Shown: positions 9,962 to 22,740 of the stretch, in pieces
How the letters are laid out: each line of letters opens with the position of its first letter
Numbering within the stretch: position 1 is the first letter of the stretch
Assembly (NCBI GenBank): GCA_050230475.1
Contig: JBFLGF010000022.1
Location: 1 to 64,000 of the forward strand
DNA: 64,000 nt
Reading direction: 5' to 3'
Origin: Ancylonema sp.
Lineage: Eukaryota
The notes under the pieces: generated by a model
Told to the model about the DNA's origin: nothing
The model's database searches: none
Seen by the model: the letters and a program-made list of their open reading frames with translations, nothing else
Translations under genes and position numbers: made by a program

Positions 9962-12503
9962 ATGGCAGGAGGTATAACCTTAATGTTTGTTCAGTCGTCA
10001 AATATGCAACCTTCGCGAGTGATAAACTATACTGTAGTACCCGCCCCCCCCCCCATATTTCTCTCAAAACGTTCAGACTTTCCAAATTCTGTCCCAACTA
10101 CTTCTGTAGAGCACAAACAGCCAGCACATTTGTGCAAAGTACGATCAAAATATGACCAGGATTCATGCATCCATCCGCGAGATGTCCCTGTTTTGAGAAG
10201 AGGCCATAAATGTTACGAGGTCCCTCAATTCGGCCATTCACTACTACCCCCAGCAGAGAGGATGAAGCTGGACGACCAGGAAGATTCACAGTTCTATGAG
10301 CGGCCCAGATTCCTCGAGCACACAGTCGAGGGCTTCCTGCACCGGCTGACATCATTGTACTTTCCTCTAATTACCAATCTCGCTGACTCGGACAAAAACC
10401 GAGAATGACCAGCTACATGCTAAATTTTAAACTTTTCCAATGAACAGAAAATGTTATGACATGCAAGGTTGAAAACTCAGAATAAGAATCCCAGCGAGTC
10501 TGCTACACCACCTCCGTAAACATACTGGAGAAAAGTGGAAGTAGCCTCTGTGGTCTTCGATTCAACAAATCGTTGTCACGAAGGTCGGCTCACGGGGTCA
10601 AGTCGCATAAACAGTGAAATACTTAAGAATAGCCCCCGTTTGGGTAAGTGACTAAAAGGAGGCTTCTCACCTTTGCTCGAGCCCCCTCTTTTTTGAGCAT
10701 CCATGCCCCCAGTGAGCCGTCAGTTCCGAACCATCAACTCATCTTGCCACCTGGCAGATACAAGGACCATCTGGTACCTGGCTCGCGTGTATTGGATCTC
10801 ATGGCGAGCTGGCAGTCCCATCTTCCCCGAGGCGTGTCTTTTTGCCACGTCACGGGTCTCGGGATGAATTCGGATGAATTGGTTGCTAACTCAAGCCTCT
10901 CAGCTTTCGTGGTCCAGGTGAGCGCAGTAAAGTAAATCACGAGACCCTGGTGACTAACCAGAGGAATGCCACGTTTGCCCCTTTTTGGGTAGGAGAGAAG
11001 AGCGCTGTAGATGGCAGATTGTGGCAAATTATGGCAAATAAATGGCAACTGTCTTCCGGTATTCTTGAGCAACGAGAAACATTTATTCCTTCCCAGTGTA
11101 TTTTGTGCATTGTTGTACTTTTTGCACTCATGTTTTTCACAATCGGGTAGATAATGCTGGCGCTTGCAGGATCTGACTGTGGAACCAAAATTGCCATTCG
11201 GAGATGCCTCCTTTGATGCGGTTATATGCAATGCAGGTGTGCAATACCTTCAGTGCCCAGAACAGGTGGGTTGTGAGACCAGTCATGTAAGCAAAGTGGT
11301 TTTTGACGTGTTTGTTCAAAAGGAAGAATCATATTATTTCACTTTCATCTTTGTATCCCTTTCTTGTGACCGTCGTGTGACAGGATCGAGAAAAACGAAT
11401 GTGATTAGAGGGTAGCCTCTAATCACATTCGTATATTCTCACCTGCTTGCCCTCAATTCAATTCCTGCCCAGGTATTTACAGAAGTGGAACGAGTCTTGG
11501 CTCCCTCTGGAAAATTTGTGATCACCTTCAGGTGAGGAAAAGAAAATGATGATTTCGTCTGACAACAAGTTTTTTTTAACCTAGAACAAGCCACCCCCAC
11601 TGAGATGGTAACTCAACCAAAAGAACTAAAGAGTTATTAATGTTTCACAAAGTTGGGTTGAGTATCGGGTCCTTCATGATGTGCGTGCAACGTGACGATG
11701 ATGGAGATGGAAATGGAGTTGGACGTTGTCATTTTCATTTAGAATTCAAAAAGTAGATCAACATATCATGTCTACGTGTGTGTCAAGCGCTTAGTAATAT
11801 TTATGAGAATGGACTTTTCTCCATCCCTGTGTTTGCAATGGGGTGCTTTGAGGGGAAAGGAAAAGTGTGAGTGAATCTAATAAAGCGATTTCCCACTTCC
11901 TTACAGTCAATCCAGCTATTTGGAGAAGGCGATTGTAGGTTGGTTGGGTCGCAGTCTATCCGAGTAAGTTGCCTTCTCTTTCTTGTTAATATGAGGACCA
12001 GGGGGCTCATTCATATACATGTATTCTTCTTATCATATTGGGCCATGAGAAGACTCGTTTTGTGCAGGCGACTGGCTCTCCTGTCTCAAATGCTGCAACA
12101 ATCCAAGCTCCAAATACACGCAAGCGACTCCCCTCCCCCCGTGAATGCAAGCCGAGAAGTTCCAATTGATGACCCATTTTGTTATATCATCGCTCAGAAA
12201 AAACCCCTGTCACATGATGGTGCATACGACTCCATAGCCCTGGAGATGCTGAATCAGATTGAGGAACACGGAGAGGCTACAGAGGGAAAAATGGGAGATG
12301 GAGAAGATGAGTCTAGCGTGCCTAGGCTTGTTCTAGACTCGTGGGTGGCGGCTTTTCGGGAGATGCAATCTGAAGCTGAGGGCCTTGGGATACCCAGACG
12401 GGCATTGCCAGACATCAAGGAGCCGGTTTGTGAGGAGAGCATAAAATCCGCACGTGACTTACTACGGGGGATCATAGAGTCCCGCATGTCCTCCAATTTG
12501 TGA
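9962..12503 (+). CDS. Class I SAM-dependent methyltransferase (Methyltransf_11-type, plant/cyanobacterial family), multi-exon
   Basis: Exon 1 (..10356) RMKLDDQEDSQFYERPRFLEH; 10758-10917 VLDLMASWQSHLP...GLGMNSDEL; 11170-11265 DLTVEPKLPFGDASFDAVICNAGVQYL; 11473-11531 VFTEVERVLAPSGKFVITFS; ~11907-11963; last exon to the stop at 12503. GT-AG introns. Start codon uncertain. Confidence 0.85.
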
Positions 12504-13149
12504 TACGGATGTACATATATCTTGTCTTTAGATCGATCCTGGCATGCTGTTCTCGGGGGAATGAGAGGTGATTACACTTCCATGGTGTTTGCAATTGTGT
12601 AAGTATGACTCACTAGGTGGGGTCATAGGCTGCTCGTGAAGGTCGAAAAATAAGATGAAAAATAGGATTTCGGCCAAATGGGTCCTCTTTCCACAAACGC
12701 TTCCTACTTGTGAGTACTGATGTAAACGCACGTGCATGTTATTTAAGTATAATCGTCTTGTTTTTTAATTCTACATCCTTGTTTTCGCTACCACGTGTTT
12801 GCAACGTTTTCCAGAGAGACATAGAAATATCGAGCGTGTAAACGTGTGATGCGGTCCCCTCTAATCTGCGGGCAATCTTCAAGTCGTCGCACAAAAGCGG
12901 TTCAATCTTCTACACGTTTAAATTACCATCACATTTTTCATTCGTGTCCCATTGTTAGAAGGTCTTTGTGAGAAAAAAAAAAAAAAAAAAAAAAAAACAC
13001 ATCAGAAGAGTGCACAAGGTGATTTTTTTATCAACGAACCACCACCACTGTCTCACCTTATGAAAACAAAGCGTACATACAAGAGTATCTGAGTACATGA
13101 ATGAGTACATGAGTACAAGAGTACATGTGTACATGAGTGCCTATGTATT

Positions 13150-16100
13150 TCATACCGTCTGCTTTGCCAGCCATGTGATGGAAGCTTCAGTAGCACCTGG
13201 CATGGCTGCAGCTATCAAAGGCAACGGCACCAAACCTTCCCTACCGCCACCCAGACTCGTCATTCCTCTGCTCAGGGCGGTTGGACATGGAAATTCCTTC
13301 CACAGCAACATACAAGCCAACCTCCATCCCCCCCATCCCCCCCTCGCCTCTTCCACCCCCTCCATCGGCGATCTCATCCATCCGCGTTGGTCCACTCGGC
13401 AGCTACGGATATATTCATCCATACCCGCCGCCCCTTCATCCCCTTCTACCCACCCCCCCACTGCCTCCTCCAGTAAGGCCACCAAGTGGGAGGGGAAGAG
13501 GGGGAGGGGAGAAGAGGGCAGGTGGACAAGGGCCTGCAGGAGGCAAACAGTTCCAGAGGGGGGGGTAAGCACAAGCGGTCGGTTGACACGCACGAGATCC
13601 ATTGACAAGATGTCATTTCCTTTCCCTTCTCCCCTCCCTCACCTTCACAGCGAGTAGGTGGGTCGCAGGCAAGCCCAAGCGGTCGGTACTGCCCCCCCCC
13701 AACCTCCCCCCGTCCTTGATCGCCTTCCCAGCAGCGTAGGTAGCCCAGTGGAGGTGAAGGACGCCAGGATGGTCTGCGCTGCGGGCGGCAGCTAACAAAG
13801 AAGAACAGAAGGTGGACAGCGCACCACTGCAAACACACCCTCCCCACACTCACTCAACCCCGCCCCCATGCCATCCATCCCTCCACCCTCCTTGCTTACG
13901 CCCTATAGTTTCCTTTGGTCGTATCTGCCAGGTGTCGCGAGAACGCCATGAGTACAGGCGTGTCCACCGAGATTGCCCCCCCCTTGTTCCCCCCACTGGG
14001 GCCCACCAGGTTGGAACGCAGCCCCAGGGGGTCTTCCAGGTAGGAGCACGCACCCACCCTCCTCTTCACCACCACCCCCGCCATTGGGTGCTGGACGCGC
14101 TGAGGCCAGTAGCGAGGCCCAACCACCTCCACCTCAATAGAGGGGTGGTCGGGAAGGAGGCAGGGGGTGAAGCGGGTGACAGGGGTGGGGGCAGGGCCGG
14201 GGGAGTTCCCCACCCGTATCCTTGTGGGTACGAGGAGGGGTACCCCCGTATCCACGTCCACCGCTGCGCAGCTGCGCACCCTCGCTGCCAACACCCAAAG
14301 GTGGCGAAGGGCCTTCCCACCGGGAACAAAACCCAAAAAACCCATACCCATCCTCGTGAGGTCACCCCCTGCATGAGCCCAGGGACGGGGGGTGAGGTGA
14401 GAGGCTGTCCCACCTGCAGGTGGCATCGGTTGTCCTGGGGGTTAGCGGGGTATCGCGGGTAGAGGGCAATGAGGAGAGCAGCCACCCCTTCGTTGCTGCG
14501 ACTCAGCGTGGCCATCCCCCCCCCAAGAAACAGCAGTCCTACCGCCAGACTGATTGCCATGTGGTTTCCGTAGCACACCTCAGGGTCGCTCCTCTTCATC
14601 ATCATCCGCAGTAGGCGGAGGGTGGGGAGGTGGCCGCTGCCCGCCATGACTGTAGCCATGGACACAGCAACGGATCCCAGACACAGCTCGACCACAGTGG
14701 GGTCCACAGCCCCCAGACCGCACCCCGCCTTGCGCTTCTCTTTGAGGTACCCGAGTGTGTACTTCTCCAACAATTTGTGCGCGTCAGGATCCCCGGTGCC
14801 AGCGAACCTGAGCCCTATCACCATACAGGCTCCTGCTACGAGGTGGCAGGAGGCGGAGGCTGCAGAGGTCCCCTCCCCCCCCCCCCCGGGCTGTACCAGC
14901 GGGGGCAGTTGGGCCCTCACCCACTCCTCGGTTGGCCTCACCGAATCCCACAGGATAAGGCCACGTGCCAGGGTGCGTAGCAGGAGGAAGTCGGGTCGAA
15001 TGAGGTCCAAGGCGTACTGGGTACAGGGGATGGAGATGCGGTCGGCGACGGAGGCATCATTCGTTTTGAGGTACATGAGGGCGAGCGCCATGAGAGCCCC
15101 TGGAGCAGTGATGGAGGTGTTCACGCCTGGACCCTGCCAACGGGTCTCGCTCACAGAGGGGGGCACCTGGTCCTTAACCCTACCCTTCTCCTTCCCCCCC
15201 CTCCCCCCCGGCCCCTGGGAGGAGGAGGGGGAGGAGGAGAAGTGTCTTTCCAGATGGTTCTCCAGGTTGAGGTCCGTGAGCCCAAACGCCCCCCCCCCCA
15301 GCCCCAGTGTGACCATCCCCAGCGCTAATCCGGCTGCCAGCGAGTAGCTCTCGCAGTCCTCCCCCACGTGCACGCGGCCGATCTCGTGCATCACCACCTC
15401 CACACTCAGGCGGTGACCGCTGCCCTGGTACAGCAGACCCAGGGACAGCAGCGCAGCAGACTGGACCAGGGTGGGGAGGTCAAGGTCGGGGAAGGAGGAG
15501 GGGTGGCGGGAGGGGATGTGGAGGTGGAGCATTTTGGAGAGGGCGGGATCTTGGGACCCCCTTTTGGCTGCGGCCATCCCCAGTAGCAGCCCCACCGTGG
15601 TCACCTCCTCGATCCCCACCTCCTGCGCGAGGTACGAGTAGATGTCGGTGGGGGCCAGGAGGGACAGCTGGCCCTGGAGGCCCAGGGCCAGCAGCAGCCC
15701 CGCGTGCGCCTCCTTGCTGCTGACTGCGTTGCGGTTGAGGCCGATCCAGGTGCGAATGAGACTGAGGGTGAGCCCGCCCTCCCCCGCCCTCAGCGCCAGC
15801 CCCGCCGCGCAGCCGTTGTGGAAGTCGGGCCATTCCGTGAGGTCGGGGATGGACCCCAGGGATCCGTCCAGGGCCACAGTGGCGTTGTTTTGGGAGGGCA
15901 GGCACCCCGCCAGCACCACCCGCGGTATGCTCACCACCTCGCTCAGGGTTGGGCTGCGGGTGGCCCACCCCAGCGCCGCCCTCCCAACCGCCAGCGCTGT
16001 GGTGCGCTGGGCCTGGCGCCACAAAAGGGTCTGCTGATGAGACACGGACACAGAATCTGGCCCACCCAACCGCAGGGGGACCGGGCGGGAGGAGGCAAGA

Positions 16101-18814
16101 AGGTTGCACGCCTCGCCCAACCGCCCATCCTCCCCGAACCGCAGCCTCTGGGGGCTGTGCGGGTGGGCCAGGTGCTCCAGCCCGTCGCCCTCCCCCCCCC
16201 CTGGCAGGCCGGGGGGTGTGACCCTGACGCTCTGTAGCAAGGGAGCCGCCCGCAGTTGGAGGCTGTGGGCGGCTGCGGACAGGAGGGGGTCCGCCCCCCC
16301 CCCCGCCCCAACTGCGCACTGCGCTGCCAGGTCCTCCCGCCCAACCAGCAGGTAGGAAGAGGGGGGGAGGCCGGGGGGGCAACAGGGCTGGCCCGCCTGG
16401 AGGGTTTGGTATAGGGGGAGGGAGAGGGAGAGGGGGAGGCGCTCCAGTTCGGGCAGTCCAATGTTGTGAGAGACCAAGGTGGACACAGAGGCGCTCTGCA
16501 GCCAGGGAGCAGGGCGCAGGAGGGGGGGGGCAGGGAGGGGGTTGGGGGAGACCGGGATGGGTCCCAGGGGAGGGAGGGCGGAGGGGAATTGACGGTGCAT
16601 GGCATCCAGTATATCCACTTCGCCCAGAGCGCCTGCCAACGTGGCAATCAGGAGGGCCACGGAACGGGCCTCTCTGGGGGAAGAAGCGCAGAATGGCAGA
16701 CTGGCAGAAAGGGGTGTGAGTCAAAGCCCCCCAAGTTGAGTCTGAGAGTGGGGAGTTGAGTGTTCCTCTCACTCTATTCGTAGGCAGTCCATGTGTAGGT
16801 CCTGGGACACGGAGAGAAGGCTCAAGAGGACGGTACGTAGACCCTCCCTGTCCCCCCCACCCTCCTGCCCAGAGGGGTGCCCCTGGGGCAGGCCACGCTT
16901 GGACGCCAGCAGGCGCTCCCAAGAGTTGAGGGGCATCCCAGCCTCTACCCCCCCTCGAGGTTGGGAGGGCGGGTGGACCTCCCCCGCCCATCCTACGAGA
17001 TGGGCAGTGAGCCGCTCCCACTCCTCCTGGGGCGGGCAGGTTGCCAAGTCAGCTGCCAGGCGGGCGTGGACAGGTGGGGGACAGGTGGCGTGTACAGAGG
17101 CGAGGCAGGAGGTGACCAATGGGGTGATGGAGGCGCAACGCACGCGACAACGATCCATCTGCACCACAAAACAGGAAGAGACGGACGAAGGAATAAATGA
17201 ACATGAAAATGGTCTGTGTCTTTCCTGCATGTTTCCCCCCGTACCTGTCCATCCTGTCGTAGAATCGTCACCCTGTCCCCCACGGCATCCCTCAGCCCCA
17301 CACAGCCGTCTGGGGCACTGCCACTCCACACAGGATGACGACCAGACTGAACCCAAAGACACCACCACCACCACCACCCGCCCACCCATAAGGACTTCCA
17401 CCCACTCACCCCCCACTCCTCCCTCCTCCCTCCTCCCTCCCCCCCTCCCTCCCGTAAAGAGTGAGTGTGGAGGTTGGCGCCATGACTAGCAGGTGCTTAC
17501 GAGGGACCACTTTCGACCAACAGCTTCTGGAGAAAGGGAGGGAGGGAGGGAGGGAGGATGAGAACAATCCCACACCCCAACCCAGGAGGCAGGAGACGGG
17601 GAGGGAGGCGGTAGCCTGCCTGGTCGCAGGCGGTGTGATGACAGCTGCTGCCTGAGCTGGCAGCTGCCATGGGGGGTGGGTCGGGGAGACGCAGAGGAGG
17701 GTGGGGTTGGGCCCTGAGGTGGTCAACAGCCCCACCAACGGTTCCCCGCCGCTGTCCTCCCATACCACTACCTGTGCCGCCTCCTCCGCCACCCCCCCCT
17801 GCTGCCAGCAGCAAGTGAAGGAACGCCCCCCCCCTTCCATTCGCCATAGTGAGTGGCGCTGCAGCCCAGAGTGGTAGGTGACGGCCAGGGGGGTGTCGCA
17901 GCTGCTCCAGATCAAACGATCCCCCTCCTCCCCGCGCTTCCCCAGGGATACCTCCTGAGAGGTACAGGTAAGGAGGGTGAGGGCAGAGAGCGGGAAGGAA
18001 GCGGGTGATACAGTATGGTGTGCGGGTTGTGGTACCAGCAGGTCTCCTTGCGGTTCCATAAGGGCCATCAATGTGGCACCGACCCCCCCTCCCTTCCTCT
18101 GCAGCAGCACCCCGCCAGGGATGGGGAACATGCCCTGGGCTTCCCAGGGAAGGGGAACCTGGTCCAACCCGCCTGGACCCCACAGATGGGGAGAGGAAAA
18201 AATATGAGTTCAGAAATGTTGAGTTGTGATCCCATTCGTTGCAGCGAAACACGAGGCTCGATGTAAATGTGCGACAGGCTGTACGATTTGTAGATGTGCC
18301 AGCTGGCAGTCCACGAGGTTTCCTCCGTCTCACCAGAGGGTGTGACGGAGGTGATTGAGTTGGAGTGGAGGAGAAGGAGAACGGGAGATGGGGAGCCTTG
18401 CATGCGACTCCACATTGCCTGGAAAGTGCAGGGAGGAAAGGAGAGGCAACTAGTTACGTAACTTGAGTGAGTGAGAATACACGGAGGTGGCTCCAGACAG
18501 GCACCTGTATTATGGTCTCGTAAGTCTCGTACACGCAGCGAGTCGCGCCTCCTGCACTCCAGGTCGCACTGACCAGACGGGAGCAGGGTCAGCATGCTTC
18601 TGAGCACTGTGTTTTTTTTTAACGGAGGATGGAGTGGGTACCATTTCCCGTCGATGACCACCTCCTCTTCAAGGCAAGATGAAGGAAGGAGATCGGGGGG
18701 GAAGGGAAGGGAATGGGAGGAAAGGAAGTGGTGAGGCGACGAGCTGTCTGCTCGTATGGATTTGTTCGGCGGAGGAGACCACGCGCCTAGGAAGCAGAGT
18801 GGGCTGCGTGCCAT
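13150..18814 (-). CDS. APC1: Anaphase-promoting complex subunit 1, multi-exon
   Basis: WPDFHNGCAAGL, HAGLLLALGLQGQL, TTVGLLLGMAAAKRGSQDP, TAPGALMALALMYLKTND, YGNHMAISLAVGLLFLGGG, DNRCHLQ/ALRHLWVLAA and PCLLP are typical APC1 PC-repeat region motifs. The start and exact exon borders are inferred. Confidence 0.93.
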
Positions 18815-19781
18815 TGCTGCAACTACCAGGGTGGAGATGGCGGTTGCACAGAAGGAGCCAACTCGAAGCAGCAGTGCACCAAGCTTGTACAGAAACTGGC
18901 GGTTGGCCCCAGGCTCGTCGGCTGTTCTCAATTTTTGTCCGATGAAGGAGCTCTGTCTTGAACGTTCTTGTTCCAAGACTTCCAGCTGTCTGCTTTCTAC
19001 TCATAGTCTGCACGTAGGTACATCAAGAACAAGGGCAGCAATGTGGGCGCCCTGTATCTAGGAATTCCGAATTTGTAAGGGCACCTTTCGCCGAGGGCAA
19101 AAAAATACGCCCACTGTACAGATCAGTAACCGAGCGGCAGCCGAGCATTAAATTCCAAGGTCTGGAGTCAGCATAGTTTAATCGACTTGGCGGAATCCAT
19201 GAGCATACAGGTGGAGGGAATTTTGAAACGATCAGCAGTTGTAAGATGGAATCAATTCTACATCACCAAAGCCTATATTTCACTAACCAGAGTGGCCCAG
19301 AAATGCACATCTTCTCAGCCTCAGCCATGGCCGGCCCTTGACTGAGGCTCAACTAGCGTGAAGTTCAAGGTCCAGCACAACAATTCAAAACTCAGAATGG
19401 TTCAGGAAAAAAACAAGGATGAGGGAGAGGGATTTTATTTCTGAGCCAGCCCCGCAGGCTGGAGGACCCGGTACAGCGGAGCCCCTACTACTGAACGGGT
19501 CTCGTCAAGTTCCGGGCGGAAGGTAGTTCCGCCAGCCCGCACATCCAGCTCCCGGGAGCTGGAGTGCGCCTGCTCCCTCAAGCCTGCTACTCCTTGCTGG
19601 AATCCGTGGACCTTGCTGCAAATCTTCGTGACTCGCAGGCTTCTATGCGCTACTTGCGCTGTTGTCCACTTTGCCTTCCGTTGAGAGTATTCTTATCAGA
19701 GTAACGTAATTATTGCATTACTCATTGTTCTCTTGTACACACAAAAATCATTGGAACGTTGCATCTTACATCTCAAAAGTG

Positions 19782-20765
19782 ATGGGGCTTAAGGGGGCCC
19801 ACGAGCTCTTCGCCAACACGTTAAAAAAAGGTGCACGCCTTCAGGAGTATGCAGGGAAGACTGCAGTAGTGGATGGGAGTAGTTGGCTGTACAAGGCGGC
19901 TTACGGATGTTCAAACGCGGGTGACGTTCGTAATGAAGAAGGTGGAACTAATGAGGAGATATAAGGTCATCCCGTTCATCGTGTTCGATGGGGGATATCT
20001 TCCTATGAAGGCAGCCGAACAAGCAGTACGGCGCAGGTTAGTCACTTCATTACATTTCAAATTTTTATCCGTGTGTTTGTTTTTTCACGCTCTCCTTCTT
20101 TTGCTTCACTTTGTATTATTATATGTCCTGTGCTTAGGTACTGTTCAAGATGGATGGAGACGGCTACGGCCAAGAGTTTGTGTACAAGAGGTTGAGGACG
20201 TGTGTGGACTTAAACGACTTCACTAAGGAAATGGAGGAGGAAGGAGTACTCTTTAGTGGCAATGACTACTTTTCATTACCTGGAATCGGGATGGCGACCT
20301 CCCTAAAACTGTTTGCTGAGCACAAGAATTACATCACGGTATGTCACCTGAATACATCACTTATTTAGGAGTAATTGTGTCGCGTTTAAGTGACCTTTAT
20401 TTGATTAAGTTATCATGTGTCGTGTCCATCTTTGTGTGCGTTCAGGTCATCCAGAATTTGATCAGTGCAGGAGTCGACATTCCTCAAGGGACTCCCAGTT
20501 CAAGAAAGCTCTACTCACTTTTAAGTGTCAGTGGCTTTACAACCCGAAGAGTGAATCTATCGAATGGTTGGAACCTCCACCGGATGCCGACCTGGATTTG
20601 GCACAGGAGGTTATGGGAGAATATCCTTAACAACATGTTGTTCTCATTACACGGTGTCACCATTTTTTGTTTTTCTTTTCCAATTGCACGCATGTAGACC
20701 CAGTTGTGGCCAAGGGAATCTACAGTGGAGACGTCAATCCTACCACTTTGGAAGAACTCACTCCG
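19782..20765 (+). pseudogene. EXO1: EXO1-like (XPG/Rad2 family) nuclease fragments, frameshifted and lacking the middle I-region exon
   Basis: MGLKG...GKTAVVDGSSWLYKAAYGC; KVELMRRYKVIPFIVFDGGYLPMK; VLFKMDGDG.G...SGNDYFSLPGIG (H3TH); FKKALLTFKCQWLYNP; VAKGIYSGDVNPTT. Frameshifts at ~19920 and ~20490. No APYEADAQ/EDSD segment. Confidence 0.85.
20621..20689 (+). other. U12-type (minor spliceosome) AT-AC intron
   Basis: 5' end ATATCCTT is the U12 donor consensus and the 3' end is ...TTGCAC. Removal gives in-frame MG-E-HVDPVVAKG and avoids the TAA at 20628. The branch site is not clearly conserved. Confidence 0.75.
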
Positions 20766-20910
20766 GTACGTCCTAGGCGACCTTGCGGCTATAGTGATGA
20801 GAGTGAAAGTCATGATCCATACTGAATTTTTATTATTTGCTTGATTGCCTCAATGTGTTGTCAATGTGAAGAAAAAAAAATGTCCTAGAAAAAATATGAC
20901 TCTATCATAG

Positions 20911-22589
20911 CATTCGTTATGGCAAGAGATGGACCACGCACCTGCAATGCACAGAGGACCGCTGACTCCCACACTTCCCCACATCCCTGGTACATCTTAT
21001 GATCTAGTGCCGCCTTCTGGACCAGCCAAACCTGCATGTAGTTATGGTTATCACGAGAAGATACATGTAGGGCAGGTTGAAAAAGCACTCGTGGAGTGGG
21101 TGGTGGAAGAGAAATTAGAGGGTTGCTTGCATGAAAACTTTGAGTACCTCCTGTTCACAGCACGTCAGTTTGGGTCACGGATGCCCGTGTCCATTCCACA
21201 ATGCCTCACCAAGGACTGGATGAGGGCTTTCATAGCGCAGCATGCAGACTGGCATGCTAACTTGAAGGCGGTCTTGGAGGAGCTTGGGTTCCCGCTAGAG
21301 AAGACATATTGCCATGATTCGATTACACTGTCATATGGTCCAGGTACGGATTACTCACAATTTCACATGGGGCCTTCTAATGAGGGAAAACAACCAACTC
21401 CCTATATGGAATGATGCAGGAAAAGGTGATGTCATAAACTTGGGATTGTGTTGGAATGCGACGGGATCGCACCACATGAGACCTTCAGGTTGATTACGTG
21501 TCCAATGGTACCAAGTTCTCCAGAGAGTTGCTTCAGAAGCTTGATTTGCACCCAACCTCTACCGGTCATCTGGAAAAAGCTGTGAGTACATTTGCTCGAT
21601 CTTTGTTTTATTCGGATTTTCAGTTACGACATACATTTACACTACGTAAATCTGAAACTTTTCATGTACCCTGAAAAAATCTTGCAGGCATTTCAAGACA
21701 ATATGGAGAGGAGGGACGCCGATTATGATCTACTTGGCGAAGATGTTCTGGTGATAATGGACAGACACACATGCCAGAAGCCGAACCACGGCGCGCTGAG
21801 GTCTCTCAAGGGGATTCACACACACAAGTACATGAGGACGACGGTGGCGCAGCTATGGGAGGGGTCTACCGGATCTATGCAACTAGGAGACCAAGGCCCA
21901 TTGTCCGACTTCAGGAGGGTCTTCATGATTATTTTTGCAAGGTGGCTCAAGAGGCATCCGGGTGAACCCAAGCCAAGTCAACAAAAGGTAAATGATGATA
22001 ACGTGTGTGTTGTCTATATAGAAAGGTATTTGCCTCATGTAGTTTCATTAAACGCCTACCGGGTTTTTGAGTGGGTGGCTCTCTTGAACGAAGAGATGCC
22101 GCCCGCTAGGGTGCAAGCTGCGTGGTCAAGTGCGTTGACCCCCCGGGTGCAAAAGGTTGCATCACCGCCATGCACACAATATGTGTGCGACATCACACAC
22201 GCCAAAACATGCGCTGGGTGTGACCGAATTAGTTGCATAGAAAATTTCAATAGCAACGGACTCGCGGAGGATGTATGTGACACATGCATGGGAAGAGAGG
22301 ATGTGGAAGAACTGGAGGGGGTGGACCAAGTAGGGATTTCGGCACTCGAGGATGGGAGGGGTTCTGGTGCAGCCTGATCCAAAGGTTGAGTGGGCGTTGC
22401 GGGGGAACGCGGGAGCCAGCGGAGGGGCGAAGGCAGTGCAGTGAGTGCCCCGCGTGGAAGTTGCCGGCCGAATTCAGGGGCACCAACAAGTCATGTACTG
22501 CTTGCCGAGATAAGCGTGTTGCGCGCAAGAAAAAGAGAAACGCGGAAGTGGAGGGGGGGGGGCGGAGTTTAGGCAAGGAAAGTTTGTGA
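20911..22589 (+). mobile_element. Decayed, intron-containing pogo/CENP-B-like (HTH_Tnp_Tc5 + DDE_1) transposase with Cys-rich C-terminus
   Basis: HTH-like: VEKALVEWV...KDWMRAFIAQH. DDE_1-like: GLCWNATGSHHMRP, VLVIMDRH, GSTGSMQLGDQGPLSDFR. C-terminal CAGC-x18-CDTC and CSEC-x14-CTAC. Confidence 0.65.
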
Positions 22590-22634
22590 ATATGGCACTA
22601 ATGGTATGGTACTCAGATTTAAACTTTCGGGTGC

Positions 22635-22740
22635 AGGTCCGGACCATGTCGTCCGGGACGAGTCTTGAAATTCTTCCGGACACGTTTGCCAAATACCGGA
22701 CATGCCTCTAGAATTCCGGACATGTCTGGGGCCAACAATG
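22635..22740. repeat. DNA-transposon-like terminus with repeated CCGGACA motifs
   Basis: About four CCGGAC(A) motifs ending in GGCCAACAATG, similar to the hAT-type termini at 28173 and 57374. No partner end or TSD found. Confidence 0.4.

Noticed and set aside
15480..17021. Long alternative-frame ORFs (513 aa here; also 59028-60458, 476 aa)
   Set aside because: Shadow ORFs caused by GC-rich, stop-poor sequence overlapping APC1 and F2KP. They are low-complexity Pro/Gly/Arg products.
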